This document shows, piece after piece, positions 56,525 through 64,000 of a stretch of 64,000 nucleotides of DNA; position 1 is the stretch's first letter, and each line of letters begins with the position of its first letter. Under the pieces are notes generated by a model, which was given only the letters and a program-made list of their open reading frames with translations, made no database searches and was not told where the DNA came from. The position numbers were made by a program, and so were the translations under genes. The stretch lies in assembly GCF_013122565.1 (NCBI RefSeq), contig NZ_CP053258.1, one strand, 5' to 3'. The stretch is from Escherichia coli (GTDB lineage: Bacteria > Pseudomonadota > Gammaproteobacteria > Enterobacterales > Enterobacteriaceae).

Positions 56525-59026
56525 ATGGCCCTGATTGTGGAATTTATTTGTGAGCTACCTAACGGCGTACATGCGCGTCCGGCAAGCCACGTTGAAACGC
56601 TGTGTAATACTTTTTCATCTCAAATTGAGTGGCATAACCTGCGTACTGACCGTAAAGGCAACGCCAAAAGCGCCCTGGCGCTGATTGGCACCGATACACT
56701 GGTGGGCGATAACTGCCAGTTACTAATTTCCGGGGCCGACGAACAGGAAGCGCACCAGCGTTTAAGCCAATGGCTGCGCGATGAATTTCCCCACTGCGAC
56801 GCACCGCTGGCGGAAGTAAAATCTGACGAACTGGAACCACTGCCGGTTTCACTGACCAATCTGAATCCGCAAATTATCCGCGCCCGCACCGTGTGCAGCG
56901 GTAGCGCTGGCGGCATTCTGACGCCGATCTCTTCTTTAGATCTCAATGCGCTGGGTAATCTTCCTGCTGCCAAAGGCGTTGACGCCGAGCAATCCGCGCT
57001 GGAAAACGGTCTGACACTGGTGATGAAAAACATTGAGTTTCGTCTGCTCGATAGCGACGGTGCCACCAGCGCGATTCTGGAGGCTCACCGATCCCTGGCT
57101 GGCGATACTTCCCTGCGCGAACATTTACTGGCAGGCGTCAGCGCCGGATTAAGCTGCGCCGAAGCGATTGTCGCCAGCGCGAATCACTTTTGCGAAGAGT
57201 TTTCCCGTTCCAGCAGCAGCTACCTGCAAGAACGTGCCCTGGACGTACGCGACGTCTGCTTCCAGTTACTCCAGCAAATCTACGGTGAGCAACGCTTCCC
57301 GGCACCGGGCAAACTGACGCAGCCCGCCATTTGTATGGCTGATGAACTGACCCCCAGCCAGTTCCTCGAACTGGATAAAAATCACCTCAAAGGTCTGTTG
57401 CTGAAAAGTGGCGGCACCACATCGCATACGGTGATTCTTGCCCGTTCGTTCAACATTCCAACGCTGGTTGGTGTGGATATTGATGCCCTTACTCCGTGGC
57501 AGCATCAGACGATTTATATCGACGGCAACGCTGGGGCGATTGTGGTTGAGCCAGGGGAAGCCGTAGCCCGTTATTATCAGCAAGAAGCCCGCGTACAGGA
57601 CGCCCTGCGTGAGCAACAGCGTGTCTGGCTGACCCAACAAGCCCGTACCGCTGACGGTATCCGCATTGAAATTGCCGCTAACATCGCTCACTCCGTGGAA
57701 GCGCAGGCCGCATTCGGCAATGGTGCGGAAGGCGTTGGTTTGTTCCGCACTGAAATGCTCTATATGGATCGCACCAGTGCACCGGGCGAAAGCGAGCTGT
57801 ACAACATTTTTTGTCAGGCGCTGGAGTCTGCCAACGGACGCAGCATTATTGTGCGCACTATGGACATTGGCGGCGACAAACCCGTTGATTATCTAAACAT
57901 TCCCGCAGAGGCAAACCCGTTCCTCGGTTATCGCGCCGTGCGTATTTATGAAGAATACGCCTCGCTGTTCACCACACAACTACGGTCGATCCTGCGCGCC
58001 TCCGCTCACGGCAGCCTGAAAATCATGATCCCGATGATCTCTTCAATGGAAGAGATCTTATGGGTGAAAGAAAAACTGGCGGAAGCCAAACAGCAACTGC
58101 GTAACGAACACATTCCGTTTGATGAGAAGATCCAGCTCGGCATTATGCTGGAAGTGCCGTCGGTGATGTTCATCATCGATCAATGCTGCGAAGAGATTGA
58201 TTTCTTTAGTATTGGTAGTAATGACCTGACGCAATATCTGCTGGCGGTGGATCGCGATAACGCTAAGGTTACTCGTCACTATAACAGCCTGAATCCGGCA
58301 TTCCTGCGGGCGCTCGATTACGCCGTGCAGGCGGTGCATCGCCAGGGCAAATGGATTGGTCTGTGCGGTGAACTGGGAGCGAAAGGTTCCGTGCTGCCAT
58401 TGCTGGTCGGTTTAGGGCTGGATGAGCTGAGCATGAGCGCACCATCAATTCCGGCGGCGAAAGCGCGGATGGCGCAACTTGATAGCCGTGAGTGCCGCCA
58501 GTTGCTCAACCAGGCAATGGCCTGCCGTACTTCGCTGGAAGTGGAACACCTGCTGGCGCAATTCCGCATGACCCAACAGGACGCACCACTGGTCACCGCC
58601 GAGTGCATCACGCTGGAAAGCGACTGGCGCAGCAAAGAAGAAGTGCTCAAAGGCATGACCGATAACCTGCTGCTGGCAGGGCGCTGCCGCTATCCGCGTA
58701 AACTGGAAGCCGACTTGTGGGCGCGCGAGGCCGTTTTCTCTACCGGTCTGGGCTTTAGTTTTGCCATTCCACACAGCAAATCAGAACACATTGAGCAATC
58801 CACCATCAGTGTAACGCGTCTGCAAGCGCCGGTGCGCTGGGGCGATGATGAAGCACAATTCATCATTATATTAACCCTGAACAAACACGCTGCGGGCGAT
58901 CAGCATATGCGCATTTTCTCGCGCCTCGCTCGCCGCATCATGCACGAAGAATTCCGTAACGCGCTGGTTAACGCCGCCTCTGCCGACGCTATCGCCAGCC
59001 TGCTGCAACATGAACTGGAACTGTAA
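56525..59026 (+). CDS. ptsA: multiphosphoryl transfer protein PtsA (EI-HPr-IIA fusion)
   Basis: 833 aa ORF with HPr-like N-terminus, EI PEP-utilising domain (SHTVILARS) and IIA C-terminus. Confidence 0.95.
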   Translation: MALIVEFICELPNGVHARPASHVETLCNTFSSQIEWHNLRTDRKGNAKSALALIGTDTLVGDNCQLLISGADEQEAHQRLSQWLRDEFPHCDAPLAEVKSDELEPLPVSLTNLNPQIIRARTVCSGSAGGILTPISSLDLNALGNLPAAKGVDAEQSALENGLTLVMKNIEFRLLDSDGATSAILEAHRSLAGDTSLREHLLAGVSAGLSCAEAIVASANHFCEEFSRSSSSYLQERALDVRDVCFQLLQQIYGEQRFPAPGKLTQPAICMADELTPSQFLELDKNHLKGLLLKSGGTTSHTVILARSFNIPTLVGVDIDALTPWQHQTIYIDGNAGAIVVEPGEAVARYYQQEARVQDALREQQRVWLTQQARTADGIRIEIAANIAHSVEAQAAFGNGAEGVGLFRTEMLYMDRTSAPGESELYNIFCQALESANGRSIIVRTMDIGGDKPVDYLNIPAEANPFLGYRAVRIYEEYASLFTTQLRSILRASAHGSLKIMIPMISSMEEILWVKEKLAEAKQQLRNEHIPFDEKIQLGIMLEVPSVMFIIDQCCEEIDFFSIGSNDLTQYLLAVDRDNAKVTRHYNSLNPAFLRALDYAVQAVHRQGKWIGLCGELGAKGSVLPLLVGLGLDELSMSAPSIPAAKARMAQLDSRECRQLLNQAMACRTSLEVEHLLAQFRMTQQDAPLVTAECITLESDWRSKEEVLKGMTDNLLLAGRCRYPRKLEADLWAREAVFSTGLGFSFAIPHSKSEHIEQSTISVTRLQAPVRWGDDEAQFIIILTLNKHAAGDQHMRIFSRLARRIMHEEFRNALVNAASADAIASLLQHELEL

Positions 59027-59037
59027 AAGGAAACATC

Positions 59038-59700
59038 ATGGAACTGTATCTGGACACCGCTAACGTCGCAGAAGTCGAACGTCTGGCACGCATATTCCCG
59101 ATTGCCGGGGTGACAACTAACCCGAGCATTATCGCTGCCAGCAAGGAGTCCATCTGGGAAGTGCTGCCGCGTCTGCAAAAAGCTATTGGTGATGAGGGCA
59201 TTCTGTTTGCTCAGACCATGAGCCGCGACGCGCAGGGGATGGTGGAAGAAGCGAAGCGCCTGCGCGACGCCATTCCGGGCATTGTGGTGAAAATCCCGGT
59301 GACTTCCGAAGGTCTGGCAGCAATTAAAATACTGAAAAAAGAGGGTATTACTACACTTGGCACCGCTGTATATAGCGCCGCACAAGGGTTATTAGCCGCA
59401 CTGGCAGGGGCAAAATACGTTGCTCCGTATGTTAACCGCGTAGATGCCCAGGGCGGAGACGGCATTCGTACGGTTCAGGAGCTGCAAGCGTTGTTAGAAA
59501 TGCATGCGCCAGAAAGCATGGTGCTGGCAGCCAGCTTTAAAACGCCGCGTCAGGCACTGGACTGTTTACTGGCAGGATGTGAATCCATCACCCTGCCCTT
59601 AGATGTAGCGCAACAAATGCTCAACACCCCTGCGGTAGAGTCAGCTATAGAGAAGTTCGAACACGACTGGAATGCCGCATTTGGCACTACTCATCTCTAA
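59038..59700 (+). CDS. fsaB: fructose-6-phosphate aldolase 2
   Basis: 220 aa [34 protein letters not shown]... Confidence 0.96.
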   Translation: MELYLDTANVAEVERLARIFPIAGVTTNPSIIAASKESIWEVLPRLQKAIGDEGILFAQTMSRDAQGMVEEAKRLRDAIPGIVVKIPVTSEGLAAIKILKKEGITTLGTAVYSAAQGLLAALAGAKYVAPYVNRVDAQGGDGIRTVQELQALLEMHAPESMVLAASFKTPRQALDCLLAGCESITLPLDVAQQMLNTPAVESAIEKFEHDWNAAFGTTHL

Positions 59701-59710
59701 AGGAGCAATT

Positions 59711-60814
59711 ATGGACCGCATTATTCAATCACCGGGTAAATACATCCAGGGCGCTGATGTGATTAATCGTCTGGGCGAATACCTGAAGCCGCTGGCAGAA
59801 CGCTGGTTAGTGGTGGGTGACAAATTTGTTTTAGGTTTTGCTCAATCCACTGTCGAGAAAAGCTTTAAAGATGCTGGACTGGTAGTAGAAATTGCGCCGT
59901 TTGGCGGTGAATGTTCGCAAAATGAGATCGACCGTCTGCGTGGCATCGCGGAGACTGCGCAGTGTGGCGCAATTCTCGGTATCGGTGGCGGAAAAACCCT
60001 CGATACTGCCAAAGCACTGGCACATTTCATGGGTGTTCCGGTAGCGATCGCACCGACTATCGCCTCTACCGATGCACCGTGCAGCGCATTGTCTGTTATC
60101 TACACCGATGATGGTGAGTTTGACCGCTATCTACTGTTGCCAAATAACCCGAATATGGTCATTGTCGACACCAAAATCGTCGCTGGCGCTCCTGCACGTC
60201 TGTTAGCGGCGGGTATCGGCGATGCGCTGGCAACCTGGTTTGAAGCACGCGCCTGTTCCCGTAGCGGCGCTACCACTATGGCGGGCGGCAAGTGCACCCA
60301 GGCGGCGCTGGCACTGGCAGAACTGTGCTACAACACTCTGCTGGAAGAAGGCGAAAAAGCGATGCTTGCCGCCGAACAGCATGTAGTAACCCCTGCGCTG
60401 GAACGCGTGATTGAAGCGAACACCTATTTAAGCGGTGTTGGTTTTGAAAGCGGCGGACTGGCGGCGGCTCACGCGGTGCATAACGGCCTGACCGCTATCC
60501 CGGACGCGCATCACTATTATCACGGTGAAAAAGTGGCATTCGGTACGCTGACGCAGCTGGTACTGGAAAACGCGCCGGTTGAGGAAATCGAAACCGTAGC
60601 TGCACTTAGCCATGCGGTAGGTTTGCCAATAACTCTCGCTCAACTGGATATTAAAGAAGATGTCCCGGCGAAAATGCGAATTGTGGCAGAAGCGGCATGT
60701 GCAGAAGGTGAAACCATCCACAACATGCCTGGCGGCGCGACGCCAGATCAGGTTTACGCCGCTCTGCTGGTAGCCGACCAGTACGGTCAGCGTTTCCTGC
60801 AAGAGTGGGAATAA
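59711..60814 (+). CDS. gldA: glycerol dehydrogenase
   Basis: 367 aa from [24 protein letters not shown]; AGGAG RBS. Confidence 0.96.
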   Translation: MDRIIQSPGKYIQGADVINRLGEYLKPLAERWLVVGDKFVLGFAQSTVEKSFKDAGLVVEIAPFGGECSQNEIDRLRGIAETAQCGAILGIGGGKTLDTAKALAHFMGVPVAIAPTIASTDAPCSALSVIYTDDGEFDRYLLLPNNPNMVIVDTKIVAGAPARLLAAGIGDALATWFEARACSRSGATTMAGGKCTQAALALAELCYNTLLEEGEKAMLAAEQHVVTPALERVIEANTYLSGVGFESGGLAAAHAVHNGLTAIPDAHHYYHGEKVAFGTLTQLVLENAPVEEIETVAALSHAVGLPITLAQLDIKEDVPAKMRIVAEAACAEGETIHNMPGGATPDQVYAALLVADQYGQRFLQEWE

Positions 60815-60822
60815 CCTACTCC

Positions 60823-60847
60823 AAACTCCCGGCTTGTCCGGGAGTTT
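60823..60847 (+). terminator. gldA terminator-like hairpin
   Basis: aaactcccgg-cttgt-ccgggagttt perfect inverted repeat after gldA stop; weak T tail. Confidence 0.55.
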
Positions 60848-60859
60848 GAACGCAAAATT

Positions 60860-60958
60860 GCCTGATGCGCTACGCTTATCAGGCCTACGCAATCTCTGCA
60901 ATATATTGAATTTGCGTGCTTTTTAGGCCAGATAAGGCGTTCACGCCGCATCCGGCAC
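60860..60958. repeat. REP/BIME elements between gldA and yijF
   Basis: gcctgatgcgctacgcttatcaggcctac and ggccagataaggcgttcacgccgcatccggcac REP consensus copies. Confidence 0.8.
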
Positions 60959-61087
60959 TCTGTGCCAGTAATCTGAAACTCCCACGTTGTTCAGGAGTTT
61001 TTTATCCGCTTCTGGACATTTTCTCTACAGAACAATCGTTATCCCGGAAGGTCGAATCTGTGACTCTTATTTTCACGGACGAAACAG

Positions 61088-61705
61088 ATGAAAGCTTCAC
61101 TGGTGCTGGTCAGCCTGCTAACGGCATTTACCAGCCACTCCTTAAAATCTCCCGCCGTTCCACCAACCGTGGTACAAATCCAGGCCAATACCAACCTTGC
61201 CATCGCAGACGGTGCCAGACAGCAAATTGGCAGCACGCTATTTTACGATCCGGCGTATATGCAGCTTACCTATCCTGGCGGTGATGTTCCGCAAGAACGC
61301 GGCGTATGTTCCGATGTGGTGATCCGCGCATTGCGCAGCCAGAAGGTCGATTTGCAGAAACTGGTGCACGAAGATATGGCGAAGAATTTTGCCGAGTACC
61401 CGCAAAAATGGCAGTTAAAGCGCCCGGACAGCAACATCGATCACCGTCGGGTGCCTAATCTGGAAACCTGGTTTACCCGCCACGATAAAACACGCCCCAT
61501 CAGCAAGAACCCCAGTGACTATCAAGCGGGCGATATTGTCTCCTGGCGATTAGATAACGGGCTGGCACATATTGGGGTGGTTTCAGATGGCTTCGCCCGC
61601 GACGGTACGCCGCTGGTGATACATAACATTGGCGCAGGTGCGCAGGAAGAAGATGTGCTGTTTAGCTGGCGGATGGTAGGGCATTATCGTTATTTTGTTA
61701 AATAA
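61088..61705 (+). CDS. yijF: DUF1287-family exported protein YijF
   Basis: 205 aa ORF with N-terminal signal peptide MKASLVLVSLLTAFTSHS. Confidence 0.9.
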   Translation: MKASLVLVSLLTAFTSHSLKSPAVPPTVVQIQANTNLAIADGARQQIGSTLFYDPAYMQLTYPGGDVPQERGVCSDVVIRALRSQKVDLQKLVHEDMAKNFAEYPQKWQLKRPDSNIDHRRVPNLETWFTRHDKTRPISKNPSDYQAGDIVSWRLDNGLAHIGVVSDGFARDGTPLVIHNIGAGAQEEDVLFSWRMVGHYRYFVK

Positions 61706-61731
61706 GCGATCGCCCCACATGAAGAAAAAAT

Positions 61732-62637
61732 TCAGATCCTTTTTACACTGACGGCTTCTTTTTTCTTACGGCTCACCAGCGCCAGTGCCAGCACAATCAG
61801 CACAATACCGCTACCTTCAACGGCCCCCGGATTCTCGCCGAGCAGCCACCAGGAAAAGAGTACGCCGCAAACGGGAACGGCCAGTGTGCTTAAGCTGGCA
61901 ATACTGGCAGGCAAGTTCTTCAATACAAACAACCATAAGCTCCACGCCAACGCCGTCGCCAGAATCGCACTGTAGGCCAGCGCCCAGAACACAGTGGGCT
62001 GCCAGTCAATTTCACGTTGCGGCACCAGTAAAGCGACCACACTCATCACCAGCGCCGCATAGAGCATCTGCCAGGATGTTAACGACAATAAATCCACGCG
62101 CGGATGACGGGCATACAGACGTTTAGCAACAATCGCGCTCGCCCCCCAACTAACACCAGAGAGGATTGCCAGCATGGCACTTTTCATCGAAGAGAAATCG
62201 AGTTGCCACGGTTGCAACACCAAAAATAAGCCGAAAGCGGCAATCAGAATCGCGAAATATTGCCCACGTCGCAGGCGTTCACCGAGAAACAACGCGGCGA
62301 AAATCACCACCCAGAACGGCATGGTATAGCTCAGGATCGCCACCTTTCCCGCTCCGCCGCTGACCAGCGCCCACTGCGCCAGGCCAACCATCCCACAGGT
62401 TTGTAACAGCGCAATGGCTAAGGTGTATTTAAACGGCGTCGGGCGCATTCCGCGACCACGTAATAAAAGGACGATGAATAAAACGAGAGCGCCGAAAATG
62501 CAGCGTAAGGCGGTAAAGTCGAAGGCACCGATGTAGCTGGTGACTTGCTTCATGAAAATCCAGCTATAACTCCAGATAAGTGTGAGCACAACCAGGCCAC
62601 TGATTGCCAGTGGGTTGCTCTTTCCTGCGGCAGACAT
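61732..62637 (-). CDS. yijE: EamA/DMT-family transporter YijE
   Basis: 301 aa from [22 protein letters not shown]; two EamA repeats; ORF track extends 11 codons upstream. Confidence 0.9.
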
Positions 62638-62730
62638 GAGAGATCCAGTGTGTAGTTTTCCTGTGGACACTATACGCCGGTAAAGAAACTTCAGCGACTG
62701 CCTGAAAGACAGTCGCTGAAGAAGGTCAGA

Positions 62731-64000
62731 TTACAGCAGGTCGAAACGGTCGAGGTTCATCACTTTCACCCATGCCGCCACGAAGTCTTTAACAAACTTC
62801 TCGTGGGCATCGCTGCTGGCGTAAACTTCAGCCACCGCACGCAGGACAGAGTTAGAACCAAATACCAGATCCGCACGGCTGGCAGTGTATTTCACTTCGC
62901 CGGTTTCGCGGTCACGGCCTTCGAACAGCTCTTTCGATTCGTCGGTCGCTTTCCACTCGTAACGCATATCCAGCAAGTTCACGAAGAAGTCATTGCTCAA
63001 TACGCCAACGCGGTCAGTGAAGACGCCGTTTTTGCTGCCATCGAAGTTGGCACCCAGTACACGCATCCCGCCCACCAGCGCGGTCATTTCCGGCGCGGTC
63101 AGCGTCAGTTGCTGGGCTTTATCAATCAGCAGTGACTCGGTGGTGGAAACGTCCAGACGAGCGCGGTAGTTACGGAAACCGTCAGCAATTGGCTCCAGCA
63201 GTTCGAACATCTCAATGTCAGTCTGATCCTGACGCGCATCAACGCGACCCGGCGCAAACGGTACATGAATGCTCAAACCAGCGGCGCTTGCGGCTTTCTC
63301 AACGCCAACCACACCTGCCAGCACGATGATATCCGCCAGCGAGGCTTTACCAGACTCTTTCTGAATTTTCTCCAGAACTGGCAGCGCACGAACGGCTGCT
63401 GCGTTCACATCCCAGTCGCGCTGCGGCATTAATGCCAGACGCGCACCGTTGGCACCACCGCGTTTGTCGCCACCACGGAAGGTAGAAGCAGAAGCCCAGG
63501 CCACCGATACCAGCTCACTAACAGACAGACCAGAATCCGCAATCGCGAATTTCAGATCGATAATGTCCTGCTCGGTCGGGTTGTAGATCGGCTGCGGCAG
63601 CGGATCTTGCCAGATCAGATCTTCTTTCGGCACTTCCGGCCCGATGTAGCGAGATTTCGGCCCCATATCCCTGTGCGTCAGTTTGAACCAGGCACGGGCA
63701 AAGGCTTCGTTGAACGCCTGCGGATCGTTGAGGAAACGACGAGAGATCTTCTCGAACTCAGGATCAAAACGCAGCGTCAGGTCGGTCACCAGCATCGTCG
63801 GTTTACGTTTCTTCGACGGATCAAACGGATCCGGAATAATTTCCGGTGCGTCTACCGCTTCGAACTGGATTGCGCCAGCCGGGCTGCGGGTCTGTACCCA
63901 CTCATACTTGAACAGGTTCTCGAAGAAATAGTTGCTCCACTGGGTCGGCGTCTGGGTCCAGACTACTTCCAGACCAGAGGTAATGGCATCTGCGCCAACG
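62731..64000 (-). CDS. katG: catalase-peroxidase KatG, C-terminal portion (gene continues past the window end)
   Basis: C-terminal sequence ...[21 protein letters not shown]; reading frame open to position 64000. Confidence 0.93.

Overview
This window is enterobacterial core chromosome that I recognise as the Escherichia coli rsd–thi–rpoBC–rrnB–arg–ppc–frw–katG region, in reverse orientation relative to the K-12 map. Almost everything is conserved housekeeping: the thiCEFSGH operon with its TPP riboswitch, htrC, rpoC/rpoB, the rplKAJL and secE-nusG ribosomal clusters, tufB with four upstream tRNAs, coaA, birA, murB, a complete rRNA operon (16S, tRNA-Glu, 23S, 5S), murI, btuB with its cobalamin riboswitch, trmA, yijD, fabR, sthA, oxyR/oxyS, argHBC/argE, ppc, eptC, yijO, the frw/pfl cluster, ptsA, fsaB, gldA, yijF, yijE and the 3' part of katG. 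The one clearly accessory segment is a roughly 3 kb insertion between oxyS and argH (about 37.7–40.8 kb). It carries a two-gene operon, a ManD/RspA-like enolase-superfamily dehydratase followed by an ACS-family MFS transporter, behind an AT-rich upstream region and with no cognate regulator. Functionally it looks like a sugar-acid uptake and dehydration module. I found no defence system, CRISPR array, integrase, transposase or prophage signature. Secondary observations are an in-frame TAA nonsense codon splitting pflD, a birA stop two codons earlier than I recall for K-12, and a single hybrid terminator after the 5S gene where K-12 rrnB has tandem T1/T2. All identifications are by recognition of the translated ORFs and RNA sequences from memory; no database search was run.
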